The notes beneath the pieces were generated by a model. That model was not told where the DNA came from, searched no databases, and saw nothing but the letters and a program-made list of their open reading frames with translations. A stretch of 61,681 nt of DNA, the filler included, from Sphacelaria rigidula (Eukaryota), in assembly GCA_964200075.2 (NCBI GenBank). It is 6 parts of 6 records of this genome, joined end to end, with 100 filler letters (N's around TTAATTAATTAA, not from the genome) between each part and the next. Parts side by side here need not be neighbours in the genome. Positions count along the whole stretch, not along the records: positions 41,189 to 51,385 come from CAXNAA020006951.1; positions 51,486 to 61,681 come from CAXNAA020006952.1; 4 more parts are not named here. One strand, 5' to 3'. The translations under genes were made by a program, and so were the position numbers. This document shows, in pieces, positions 49,998 to 61,681 of this stretch. Numbering within the stretch: the first letter of the stretch is position 1; the number at the start of each line of letters is the position of its first letter.

Positions 49998-50185
49998 TGT
50001 ACCGTAAACCATACTGACTTCAAGAGCATGTTGAGTGCGATGCATGCATGGTACTACTGTACAGAATCAATGTGTGCTGTTACCGACTGCTCCCACAGAG
50101 TGCTTTTTCGACATGGTGCAAGACTGCTTATCGAGTCTACTATTGCGCGAAAAATCAAGGGCGTCGCTTTGTTCGTGTAAACTTC

Positions 50186-50701
50186 CAAGGATGTGTTCTG
50201 CAGGGTACGGTTTTCTGTATACCCGGGGTATTTTTCCGGGTATTTACCGTACCTGACACTTTTATACCGGTACCCGACAGTTCTGTAAAGTCTGTGAGAC
50301 TTTCATACCCTTACCCGATAGTTCTGTGAGTTCTCTAAGTCTCCCGTACCGTAACCGGGGGCATGGGTATGCTCTTGATAAGATACCCGACTGCGGGTAC
50401 GGTGTTCTGTGCAACCTCCATACCCTACTCGACAGTTTCTGTGAGTTCTGTACATGATGTATGCCCGTACCCGGAGCGCGGGTATGGCCTTAAAGAAATG
50501 CGCGATTGGCGGTACGGTTTTCTGTAAGGCTCCCGTACCGTACCCGACAAGTTCTGTAATTTCTGTAAGACTTTCAAACCTGTACTCGATAGTTGTGTAA
50601 TTTCTGTAAGACTGTCATACCGGCACCCGATATTTCTGTAGGTTCTGTAAGGAATCCCATACCCAATAGAACATACCCATACCCTACAGACCACAACCTT
50701 G
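50186..50701. mobile_element. 516-bp MITE with 25-bp TIRs and a perfect 8-bp TSD (P-like or hAT-like)
   Basis: TAAACTTC|CAAGGATGTGTTCTGCAGGGTACGG ... CCATACCCTACAGACCACAACCTTG|TAAACTTC. The interior is packed with TACCCGA/TTCTGTAAG sub-repeats. Confidence 0.9.
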
Positions 50702-50804
50702 TAAACTTCCTTTCGTCGATTCGGGGCAAGGTGGCCGGGGAATAGCTTAAACCAGGTCGAACCCGCCGGCGACGACTTCACGACCGAAAATACAAAATCA
50801 AATT

Positions 50805-51250
50805 ATTGATGTTGTCTTCACATTAAAAACCGTTCCGATATCTGCCTAGTAGTCCGTACTGGACATCTAATGCGGACGCCTTGCGTGCTCACAGGCTAAC
50901 TACCCAAAATATGGTACAATGGAATCAAATAGAAATAAAACAGGACCCAGGAGAATTTACACAGACGCGATACACTTAAAAGAAAGAAGTACTGCTGACC
51001 TCATGAGTCCCGGGGCTGCAAACGATCATTCGGACTTCTGGAGGCAGAGCCCAATGTTCCCATTCGACAAGCGGGGCCAAACAGAAAGGAGCCCAACTCA
51101 GGAACCAGTGATCACCAACCATAGTAATAAGATGGTCCCATCTTTGAACCTCTAGAGAGACAACCATATGCACGAGTATACCAGGGATACCAGGGAAAAC
51201 ACCACATGACAGCGCATCACCTCGGGGAAGGGATACAATGGAAGGCAGGG
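50805..51250 (-). mobile_element. RTE-like LINE 3' UTR copy
   Basis: Colinear with 21590-22050 (TCTTCACAT...TCACAGGCTAACTACCCAAA...GCTGCA.ACGATCAT...CCAACTCAGG...GGGATACA). Confidence 0.8.
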
Positions 51251-51385
51251 ATTATTATACAGTAGTCAGCGTCAGAAGTATGCAGAATCCGTCAATTCTT
51301 CGTTTCTCAAAGATTGTCCAAATTTGTTTTGCTTGTCTCCGCTCATCACAGTGACTGTTGGATGCCAAGAAATGGGCATCCGGAG

Positions 51386-51485
51386 NNNNNNNNNNNNNNN
51401 NNNNNNNNNNNNNNNNNNNNNNNNNNNNNTTAATTAATTAANNNNNNNNNNNNNNNNNNNNNNNNNNNNNNNNNNNNNNNNNNNN
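51386..51485. other. Artificial contig spacer
   Basis: 100-bp N run with TTAATTAATTAA. Confidence 0.98.
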
Positions 51486-52529
51486 TTTCTTCCCGCCGTG
51501 GTGCTTTGTCCTTTCTGCGTTCGCTGTGGGGGGTTCGTGTGGGGGGGGGGGGGGCGGCACTCACTCACTTGTTGCTTGCCGTAGTCGTTCGATCATTGAA
51601 CACGCGTCCCTTTCGAGGCGAAACACCGTTTCTACTCCTATTAGAGACATCTCCAATATTTCGGTGCCCGTTACGTTTCTTCCACGCACTACGCGAAAAC
51701 CTCCTGCACATCTTATCCCCGTCCTGTTTCGCCGTTTGTGGCAACCATCTATCATCTAGTATAGCTATTGTTTTCTCGCTACTGTGCATCAAACGATTCT
51801 GAGACACCTTCGTTCATGTCCCGTATTTCCCCCTCTAGCACGTCCCATTCCTCTTTGTATAGTTCACATTCTGCAACTATATGGAAGGGGGCGGGGGGTA
51901 TACGTGCCCAGAAAATTCTCTCCCGACAGCCCCTTGATCCCCCTCGTAGGATGTGGCGTAGAAGTCAAGAAGACACATCCTGAATCAAGTAGATATTATT
52001 AAGGCTTTGGAGGCACGCGGACCTCAAGCTGTTGCCACCAATGCAAAAGCATCTTAGTATTATGGTATTACAAGTATCCTGCATATTGAGTTTGTGTTTC
52101 CTTGAAGAAAAGAGGAAACCTGACCCAACACTTACCCCGCAAGCAGGTTCGTGTGCCAATTAGCCGGAGGCTCGGCTAGACTGTCTCGCGACGGCCATCT
52201 GCGGTAGGCGCCTCGAGTGTTCGCAAGCTTTGCATAAGACAGTGTTGGCGTCCGACCCACGATAAACCTCGAAAAAAGGCACGAGGGTCAACGGGTGATG
52301 TCCCTAAATAGCCGAGTCTCAATCTACTCCCGATGCCTCCTTTTGCTCCGCGCGTGTTTTGTTATTGTACTACCCCCTTGCCCGAACCCATGCGGCAGGG
52401 GCGTGCTTTGTTGCTGTTTGTTCTCATTTGTTTTCGGTACCGTACTAGATCTTCGTAAGGCCTGTTTCCCTTTTGTGTCTGTTTCCCTTTTATGCATGTT
52501 CCTTTCTTTACCTTTGTGGCTGCCTATTC

Positions 52530-52793
52530 TGAAAGTGGCGACTCCAGAAAAGGAAGCAAGACATCGGAGGCTGTCATCCATGTGCGAGATAATCAGTACG
52601 CTTCGGGCCGAAGAATTTGAGCAGGATGCAACTCACCCTTCATGTGACTCGCCGAACACACCACGGCACTTCGTGCTTGGTGATTGCGAGCTTGGTCCGG
52701 CAAAATCCCGGCGTGCTGCTCCGCCCCGGCTTTGTAGGGATGCGAGGTCAATGATCATATTACTGTGGCATGCATGATCATGAGTACACCCCC
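52530..52793 (+). repeat. Dispersed repeat homologous to 10500-10790
   Basis: CATCGGAGGCTGT...CGCTTCGGGCCGAA...GGGATGCGAGGTCAA...CATGAGTACACCCC. Confidence 0.8.
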
Positions 52794-53285
52794 TTACCTT
52801 TGTTCCTCCTGTCTTCGCTTGCAATTCAAATTTGTTCTCTCTTTCTTCTTTATCCTTGCCCTTTGTCGACTTTCCACAAGAAAATGTTTCCGTTTTTTTC
52901 TTGGGTACTTCAATACTCCGATTTTTACCACGGCTGGATTCGTAACGCCACAGGTAATGTGTATGTTGGTCGATCGATCGATCGACGCGATCACAGTCAT
53001 AAATATTAGATATCTGGGCCACCGTTTTCTGTGATGACGGATAGAAAACATTTGCAGGCTATCCAGTAGTTGTGCGTCTTTAGCTTCGGACGGTAACTGA
53101 GTGGTGTGATCTCTATATTCGAGAAGTGTGACCATTCGGCATTCCAACAACATCAAGCCCGCGACGCGGGCGGCTACCTCTTCCACGAGTGCATTCCGTC
53201 TGGCGGATTTCAAAGCGTTGATGCAGTCAAACACACGTGAACAGTTTGCTCTCGCCGCAGGGTATACGAGTGGTGCCTTGTAGAG

Positions 53286-53383
53286 GGTCGCCACAGGATC
53301 GCCACAGGGTTCTATACCTTATAGACGGTGGCCACAGGGTCGTGACAGGGTTCTATATAATGTTGAGGGCCGCCACAGGGTCT
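53286..53383. repeat. Short degenerate GCCACAGGGT tandem cluster
   Basis: About five GCCACAGG[G/A]T-like units within 100 bp. Confidence 0.7.
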
Positions 53384-54765
53384 TTACGTTGAGAAGGTAT
53401 TCCCAAGGTGTAGCAAAGTGTCCACGTGTAAAGGGCAAGTAGCCAGTGCTCTATCTGGGGATGCGTTCTCACGGGCAGATGCATTATCTCGCCCTACCCT
53501 ACATCGCCACGTCGTATCCCCGGCCTGCTATATAATTTGGATGTAATGAGGCCTACTTGCCCCCAAGACGACAGTCACACTACACCTTTGTTCTGTACGT
53601 TCTCAGAAACAGAGGCTCGAGCCGTATTGCACGGGTTGTAGGCACAGCTATGCAGCAACAAATCAGCCCAAATCCAAACCACAGTAAGCAGTTCAATCCA
53701 GGTTTTCACATAAATGAATCACCCACTTAGGCCGTGTCTTATCAGATTATTTTCGACTCGAAAACATACGGTGGAATCGAACTTGCTTTTACCTGATACG
53801 TCCACGGCATTCATGTTCTTTACCATCTGAGAAAATAAAGAGCGTGGGCGAATCAGAAACGAGGGAATTCGATTCGACCGCACGCTTTCGACACGAAAAC
53901 AATTTGATAAGACACGGCCTTATATATAACAGTACAAACCAGAGCCAATAGTCCCCGCAGCTATGAGGCTTACTGGTACGGACTCACTTGGAACCTCAGA
54001 GCAATGGCGGCCAAAGCTGATGGTGTTCGGGTACCCAAAGAGAGTGATCATGGGACTGAGGGTATCGATAAAAACTACCTTACACCCAGAATTATATCCA
54101 TACCCAGTCATGATACAAGAACGAAAAGCCGAAGACAGGCATCCGTAAACCGAGACAATGCTGAATACTATATTCGTGAGATTCAGAGTTGTGACGAAAT
54201 CATGCCTTCATGTTGAGTAGATGGTGATGATTGGATGATGACTTGGGATCTGTAGTGATGAGATGGATGATGACATATACACAGGGATGGTACCCTGATG
54301 TGGTTTATGGAGCGTATGTGCCTGGGAGGCACTCCGGGAATGATAAGGTGTTTTGAAGGCTGACAACTGAGATCTTGAGGCCAGTGGAACTGGGGAGTCC
54401 CTTAACGGCATTTAGACGCTGCAGTACTAGCAACCTGCTGGCGTCACAATATCGATATAAGTACAAGGAGTGCTAGTCGTGCTAGTTGTGCTATCGTTAA
54501 GAGACTACTGGAAATGTTTCAGGAGGTAAGAGTCTGGACAGCTTGTGAGAGCTTCGGGCATAGAGCTTCACGGACGCGTGAGGAGGTTTCAAGCTGAGGT
54601 AGCTACAAAGGCGGCTAGCCCGTGATTGATCCAGAGTGGAGGCTTGCTGGAGCTGCGTGCAGCGGGTGTTTATAGAACCCCAGGGCTGTGTGGAGCGGCG
54701 AAGAAGGCACGGTGTGAATTGTAAGTTCGAGAAGATTTCAGAAATCTTCGATTTTCCGCTCGAAA

Positions 54766-57700
54766 ATGTCGACTACCGAGGTACCGGCAATAAAGCCAGC
54801 AGAGGCGACTGTAACCTCAGTCGTTCTAAGGGAAGAGTTGCGGCCGCCCAGTTACGGGAATTTGTATTCCGAGGGTGCTTCTCGATCATTCTACACGAAA
54901 TACGTGGAGTACAAGAGGAGGGTGGAGCATGCGAATGCGGGGGGTGCGGTAAGGCATCAGGTGGTTTCTATGGCGCAACTAGTGCCTACCCCCCTTTAAC
55001 GCGTCTTCGCGAGAAGGTTCCATGAAAAGCATACCATGACGCCGCTGCAGTTGGCCGTAGCGATAAAGAAGCACGCAGGGCATGCGACAGGCGCGGAGGT
55101 AGAGCTTACTCAGGCGTCCGCGGCCGTGGCGAGGGCTGTCGCAATGAACCACAAGGGGAGGACCATGCGTGAGAGGATTGGGCCCATAATGAGTAAGGTG
55201 GAGGCGTATTTTTCGGAAAATCCCAAAGTAGACATGGTTTATCGTTCCTCCGATGGGAAATTTCGCTCAGGGCCCGCTGCGGTGATGACGAAAGCGATGG
55301 TGGAGGGTCTGGCACCGGCGGGAATTCAAGCAGGCCGTGCTTGTACAGTTGCAGCACGAAACAAACTAGAAGTCGGACCCGTATCTAGTCATGGATACCG
55401 TGGTGGCTGAAGCTCAAGCATGGCGGCGGGTCGAAGTATTCGGAAAATCTTCCACTTCGTCGCCGCAGTCTTCAAGCCCGTGTAACCGCAGATCAAAATC
55501 CGCAGGCAGTGCCGCCACCAATATTACTTGCTATCAGTGTGGCCAGGTAGGTCACATCGCACGGAAGTGCCCAACGCCTTCTGAGGGGGAGTCTGGGCAG
55601 ACGAGTGCCGCGCGCCCTCGCAATCACAAAGGAGGGAACGGTAATCGGGGTGGTGGCGGAGGCGGATCCTCCAGCGGTAGAAGTGTACAGTCGAGTTCCC
55701 AACAGCAGCAGCAGCAGGAGCAGCGGCGTCAGCAGGGGTCCGGTTCTGGGTCCGGCTCAGCCGCAGGGGCTGCTGCTCCACAACGGGCGGTGCAGGTGGG
55801 ACCGACCTCTCTAGTGTCGGGCTCGGTGCCGGTGCCGCCGGCAGCAGAGCAAGGCGAGACGTCTGCTGCGGAGCCGGCCGGTTTTCAGCTGAAATTTGGA
55901 TCCGCTGCTGCGTCGGCCGGAGGACCGCTGCAATTTGGTTCTGCGGGTGGGGCTTCGTACCCGCCAGCGGTGCCGGTGACCCCAGCGGGGGCGTCTATGC
56001 CTGCGCCGCGCGCGCAGCCGTGGCGCCAAGTGGGGATCACGACCCATCAGTCGGCGGAGCAAGTGCCGGTTGAAGATCAAGACAATTATATCCCTGCAGA
56101 GTTATATCTCCCCGATCAACGGGCGCGGGGCGCCATCTCGGTCAACGCGGTGTTGGATTCAGGCGCCCACTTCACGAGCGTGTCGGTGTTAATTGTGGAG
56201 ATGCTGGAGCGTCTACTCCCCGGTGAGCAAATCCGAATTCCGTTCTCGCTCGGGGCGCGACAGGCCATCACCGCATCGGGGCAACGTATAAGTGTGACGG
56301 AGCGGACAATTCCCCTACACTTGGCTTTCAGGACGACCTGGGGGTCAGCAAAATTACCCCCGATATCGTTTGTGATCATGCCGGGGACGGATAGTGTCGT
56401 TCTGTTGGGCTCACCGACGCTTTGGGGGCTCGGAGTCGATCCGTATGATCGGCTGTTAGAGTCCCTAAAAACGCAAATGCCGTCGCTCGGTTCGAGTGTC
56501 GAAATGCCTGCTTTTTTGGCCAGTCGCAGAGTGAGCTTGTCGGTTGATGCCCTCCGGGAGGCGGGGGGCAGGTGTCCGAGGAGCGTGATGAGGCGGTGGA
56601 ACGCTTGGTGGAGCTGGCGGAAGAAGAGTCCGCGCGAAAGGCTGCGCTCGAGGAAAGCGTGACGGATGCTGTGGCGAATGGCCTCACTATCTCAAAAGCG
56701 GAGCGCTTGCGTGGCATATTGTATCGCCACGTTAACGCGTTTCGTCGTGCGCTGAGGGGTGATCTTCCTGCGCGCGTGAAACCCATGAGGGTTACACTGA
56801 AGCCAGGGGCGGCCGCGGTGAAGGCAAAACCGAGGAGGTATGATCCGGTAAAGTCCAGTTGGTTAGCTACTTGCATGGGAGCTCTTGTGGCGTTTGGGTT
56901 GGTGTTCAGGAATCTACAGGCGGCGTGGCCCAGTCCAGCGATGGCGGTGCCGAAGAAGGACTCTTTCCGTCTTGTCAGCGATTACGGAGCCGTGAATGAT
57001 CAGGTGGAGAAGTCGCCGGGTGTCATGCCCAATCAGGAATCCGACATGATAGACCTGTTGAGTGCGCGATGTTGCGGTACGTTGGACCTCATACAGGGGT
57101 ACTGGCAGATGCCGTTGGCCGAAGAGGCGCAATAAATATTCACAATCACGACTCCATTTGGTATGTTTACCCCGCAACGAGTACCGCAAGGTGTGTTGAA
57201 TGCTACTTCCTATTTTTGAGGTGTCATGATAGACCTTTTACATGGCTTGAAATGCAAGATTTGGGTGGATGATGCCTTTTTCTTCGCGGATACGGAAGAC
57301 GAACTGTTGGATACGCTTGGTGCCATCTTGGTTCGTTCAGAGAGTGTTCGTCTGTTTGCAGCTGCCCACAAGTTTACCTTTTTTGCTGGTGAACTAGGGT
57401 GGTGTGGGACAGTATACTAACACGGACGCGTCTCGCATGACCCGGTCCGCTTGCAAGGTTTGTCTGACATGCGGCGTCCAGAAACAGCCGCAGAACTAAT
57501 GCAATTCCTGCACGCAATAAACTGGTTGCGTACCTCGTTGCCACGTATGGCCGAAGTAGTGGCGCCCTTGCACGTTTTTCTAGAGGAACTCATGGTGGGG
57601 GCTGCAAGGCGCACGAAGAGGGTGGCAAAAAATCGTGTTATTCCACCCGCCTCGTGGACGGAGGGCAGGCTGCAGGCACGGGCGGCAGCGAAGGATCTGG

Positions 57701-60280
57701 TGGCTCATGCCGTGACACTGTTCCATCCCCGCCCCGGTTGCCAGGTGCTGACGTTTCCGGATGCATCCGAGTGTCATTGGGGTAGTTTTGTAACGCAGGT
57801 GCCTGATGCAGAAATGCAACAACGGTTGCCGGTTGAAGACATGACGCATGAACCGCTGGCTTTTCTGAGTGGCAATTTCAAGGTTTTATAGATGCGTTGG
57901 GCAACCATTGACAAGTAAGGTTTTGCTATCGTGAGCACTTTTCGTCGTCTTGAGCATCTATTGTGGAATGGCGTACACATTTCCACGGATCACCGAAATC
58001 TAGCGTACATTTTCAACCCGGAAGCATGCGTGACCTCTATGTCGAAGACGTCGGCACAGCGATTGGAGGGGTGGGAAGGTGTATTAGGACAGTATGGGTA
58101 CACGAGTTGTCATATTTCGGGTGAGCGTAACGCGTGGGGTGACTTGCTGTCGCGCTGGGTAAATATTCCCACTTTGCCTGCGCGCGTTGTGGCTGGGTAT
58201 GGTCCGTGCGAACGTGATGACCCGATGCCGTCCAAATCTGTTGTCCGCCAAGCGCAACGAAAAGACCTTGGGGCTGAAGATGCGGATGTGCAATTTTTCA
58301 AGTCGGACGTTGATACTGCTATCTTGGACAATGAAGGCCTCTTTCGTGTGCATGTGCGTGGCCGAAACGTTTTGTGGATTCCGAGTTCTGACAAGCAGTT
58401 GCAGGTACGGCTGATAATTTGCGCGCACTTGCGCGGCGCCGGGCATCGTGGTGTGGCTGCGACGCTCGTGCGCTTGCAAGAGTTTTGTGTCTGACAGCAG
58501 ATAGAAACTAATGCGCGCGAATTTTTCCGCCAGTGTCTTCACTGTGCTGATTCGAGGGTGGGCGATGTTGTTCCCCGCCCGCTCGGTGAAACGATCCATG
58601 GGACCACGCCGAATGAAGTCGTTCATTATGACTTCTTGCACGTGGGCGAGAGTGGCCCGCTAGCTTCCCAAGGTTTGTCGGAGGATGCTGGGTTCCGATA
58701 CATTTTGGTCATCATGGATGATTTAAGCAATTTTGTGGCTCTGGAATCAGGAGCAGTGTGTACTGCTGAATCGACTGCTGCGTCTTTGCGGAATTGGCGC
58801 AAACCTTTGGGGGTGCCCCGTGTGTGGGCGAGTGATACCGCCACGCATTTCAAGAATACGATCTTGACTCGGTTGCGAGAGGCTTTGCGCGTTGATCACC
58901 GGTTTTCGGTAGCGTATTCTCCGTGGTCTAACGGTAGGTGCGAACGTATGGTAAAGGGAGTAGTTCGTGCTCTTCGCTCTATTCTTCTTGAGCAGCGTCG
59001 AGAGGTGACCGAGTGGGTGGATGTGATGCCCGCTGTGCACTGGTCGCTAAATACATCGTATCGCCGTCGGTACGATAGTACGCCGTATCACGTGATGTTT
59101 GGCCGTGACCCTCGGACGTCTTTCTCGGTGCTGGCGTCCTCGTCGGCAGGGGAATGGAAGTGTGATGTTCTGGAGTCTTGGACTTGCAAGAAAGCGATTG
59201 TTCGTGCGTTGCGGTCCATTTTGTCAGAACAAAGACGGCCGGTGTCTGAATGGGTTGATGTTTTGCCAGCCGCTCAGAGGGCGTTGAATGGTTCTTTTCG
59301 TGAACGCTACCGTAACACTTCGTATTGTGTGATGAGTGATGCTGCGATAGGGTCTGCACTTTTGGGGCCAAAACCGGCCTGATTCAGGGGTTCCTAAAAT
59401 TAGGAGCTACACAAGAATATGGGTCAGGATATCCCCGTTTGCAAATTCATTCGGGATATCCCTAGCAAAGTGGAAGAAAAACCCTGGCGTACTCTCACCT
59501 ATTTCGAAAGGCGTGTTTTGGATGAGATAAAGGGTTCCTAACAATTCTACTCTCAGGCCGTTAAAGGGCTGACCCTATCGCAGCATCACTCTGATGTTTG
59601 GGCGTGCGCCGCGTGCAGCGTTTCCGCGCTAGCTTCTGTCACTGGCGGCGAGTGGAAAGTCGATGTCATGGATGCTGATACGTTGCGTGACAAGGTTCGA
59701 CGCGTGGTTGACGAGCAAGTGCGGTTTTGTAACGAAGTGCAAGCTATTGTCGCGGTGTCTCGTGAAACCAAACTCAAGCTTGCTCAGGGCCAGGCTGTGT
59801 TACCCAAGTTTGCAGTTGGAGATTTCGTCTTGTATGCCCGTGTTCATAGGCATGGTGTGACGCCCAAGCTGATGTCCACATCGACAGGTCCGTGGCGAGT
59901 GGTCGGAGCCGATCACGCTCACGTGTATTCCGTGCAGAACATTGTTTCTGCCGTCGTACACTCGGCCCATGTCGCTCGTTTGCGTTTCTATGCTGACTCG
60001 CAGTTGCACAGCACTGCGGAACTAGAAAATGTATTTCAGCAGTCATTCGTATGCTTAAGGTGAATGTCGGATGAATGCTTTGGTGCACGTCGCTGAGGAT
60101 GACAACGGTGATGCCATTGTTTTGGTCGATTGGGATGGGTTCGGTGCTGAAGAACGTACGTGGGCGTCTCGTCGCAAGATTCATTGTTCTGCGCCTGATT
60201 TATTTTCAAGAATCTGCGTAAACTGCGGTTGACTCAGGCGCTGAAAGGAAATTAGCGTCGGAGTATGGTATTTCTTTTTG
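54766..60280 (+). mobile_element. Decayed Ty3/gypsy LTR retrotransposon: gag, protease, RT, RNase H, integrase, chromodomain
   Basis: Zinc knuckle CYQCGQVGHIARKC (~55529), protease VLDSGA (~56149), RT LDLIQGYWQ / RVPQG / WVDD, RNase H DASECHWG and TDHRNL, integrase GHRG..CLHC and SPWSNGRCER, chromo-like VLVDWDGFGAEERTW (~60118). Domain order is gypsy-type. Multiple stops and frameshifts. Possible PPT GGGGAGAGGGGA at ~60424; no LTR pair recognised. Confidence 0.93.
59334..59591. mobile_element. 258-bp MITE, 21-bp perfect TIRs, 4-bp TSD TGAT, inserted in the gypsy integrase
   Basis: TGAT|GAGTGATGCTGCGATAGGGTC ... GACCCTATCGCAGCATCACTC|TGAT. Removing it restores YCVMFGR. Confidence 0.93.
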
Positions 60281-60695
60281 ATCTGCGCATGCGATTTCGC
60301 CTTGGTTTTTGTTGGTTATCAAGCTCGTTCGTTTGTCTTGAACTCGCTTTGAGGGTGCTGTAGCCAAATAACACCAAGCAGTAAGGTGTCAGTATAACCG
60401 CATGCATGACTGGAGCAGTGGCAGGGGAGAGGGGATCCTGGATTGATTACCTTTTTTTGTATGGCCCCTTGCTGTCTGGCTCGTGATCTATTGAGGATCA
60501 CTCGGTGATAATAACAAGTTAGAAGAAAGGGCTTGTCGAACACGAGGCAAGTGATACTGGAGGAGTCCCTCGTTGAAAGCCCTTGTCCAGATCGTCTGGC
60601 AGAGGCTACAAGTCGGTATACCGGTGTTTGGCGATTGCCCCTTTACTCTGGAGAGAAACAACTGGCATTTCTGGGCTCGGTTCTCCAACCTCCTG

Positions 60696-60900
60696 AGACA
60701 CTTTCTACGATAGCCCCCCTCCCCCCCAAAGTGCATGGTTTCGGGAGGCAAAATCTTGACATAAATCGAAATGGGAAAAGCCGAGCACNNNNNNNNNNGC
60801 TCCATGCAGCCTGAACCCGAACATCAGGCGCTGTATAGCCATTTTTTTCGTGACACTTTCAGCTGGTCTTGGGGGGGGGGCTATCGTAGAAAGTGTTCTG
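60696..60900. mobile_element. MITE with an internal N gap, related to 25968-26218
   Basis: ACACTTTCTACGATAGCCCCC ... GGGGGCTATCGTAGAAAGTGT inverted ends. Confidence 0.75.
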
Positions 60901-61159
60901 AGGACCTCCAGTTTCCTTCGTGCCATGGAGGGGTGCCATTTCGCACAACTTAGAGCCTCAATTTTCTGTAGTCGTTCCCATGACAAGGGTTCGTTTCCAT
61001 TTTTCAGGATCGATCCCTCCCCTGTTGACCGTGTGTGAAGATAATCAATAGATGGATAACCCGTACACTGCCGGAATTTAATAAATAACAGTTCCGAGTA
61101 TAGAATCTCGAGATTAGCGGTAAAAACAGGTACGGTTAATCCTTACAACAAAGTGCGTA

Positions 61160-61414
61160 GAGCCATGCTACGGTAGGGGTGCACTTTTTGCGCGAAATAA
61201 TGTCTGGTTCAGGGCTCCTAAGATTTCTAGATGCACAAGAACATGGGTCAGGGCACCCCCGTTTGCAAGTTCATTTGGGGCATCCCTAGCACGTTGGACT
61301 AGTAATCCTAACGCACTCTCACATATTTCAAAAGCCGTGTTTCGGATGAGATAAAGGGCTCCTGACAATTCAAACCTAACAAAATATTTGTGCACTCCTA
61401 CCGTAGCATCCCTC
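61160..61414. mobile_element. 255-bp MITE, 4-bp TSD CGTA, same family as 59334-59591
   Basis: CGTA|GAGCCATGCTACGGTAGGGGTGCAC ... GTGCACTCCTACCGTAGCATCCCTC|CGTA. The interior aligns with the 59334 copy (GGATGAGATAAAGGG.TCCT.ACAATTC). Confidence 0.88.
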
Positions 61415-61681
61415 CGTAGTAGTACCCGAAGAGGTGGAATATTCATTGTAGACTGACCAATGCCGAGATAGCCCCCCCACAAAAAGTGCACCGGAGCCTA
61501 TCCGACAAACCGGCTGCGATCCCACTCTTGGGATCGTTTGTAGCAATTTCGCCCACATGAGAGGCGTGTAGCAGTCCGAAATCAGCTATAGCGCCCGAAG
61601 AGTCATCCTACGATAGGGGGTGGGGGTATTTTGGGCCATTTGTTGCTCGATATTTCGAGTCAGATCGTCGTTGAAAGCAGC

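Noticed and set aside
50200-50690. CRISPR-like or iteron-like repeats
   Set aside because: Degenerate, irregularly spaced sub-repeats inside a TIR/TSD-bounded MITE; no constant repeat-spacer structure and no cas genes.
52794-53294. 166-aa minus-strand ORF
   Set aside because: No recognisable motif or splice partner, and it overlaps repeats.
54211-54450. Candidate 5' LTR of the gypsy element
   Set aside because: No matching copy could be seen after the putative PPT at ~60424, so it cannot be supported.

Overview
Eukaryotic, intron-rich, repeat-rich DNA, most likely from a brown alga or related stramenopile (inference from a nad1/tatC mitochondrial insert, a centriolar gene, GT-AG introns and the transposon types). 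The window is not one locus. It is six contigs of 10197, 10197, 10197, 10197, 10197 and 10196 bp joined by 100-bp N spacers that carry an artificial TTAATTAATTAA, so nothing should be inferred across the spacers. Host genes: two 3' exons of a DGAT2/MGAT-type acyltransferase (11224-11850, +) and nine in-phase exons of a CEP89-like coiled-coil gene (48975-41494, -) with one probable GC-AG intron. Most of the rest is mobile DNA: a spliced, still-open P-element/THAP9-like transposase (20393-18895, -); a decayed chromodomain-bearing Ty3/gypsy element with a duplicated integrase segment; RTE-like LINE and tRNA-derived SINE copies; hAT-, Harbinger- and copia-like relics; a solo LTR; and several MITE families with readable target-site duplications (8-bp with CAAGG ends, 4-bp with GAG ends, TTAA piggyBac-type). 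There is also an old nad1+tatC NUMT and three long fold-back structures. No CRISPR array, rRNA gene or convincing tRNA gene was seen. All calls are by eye, with no database search.
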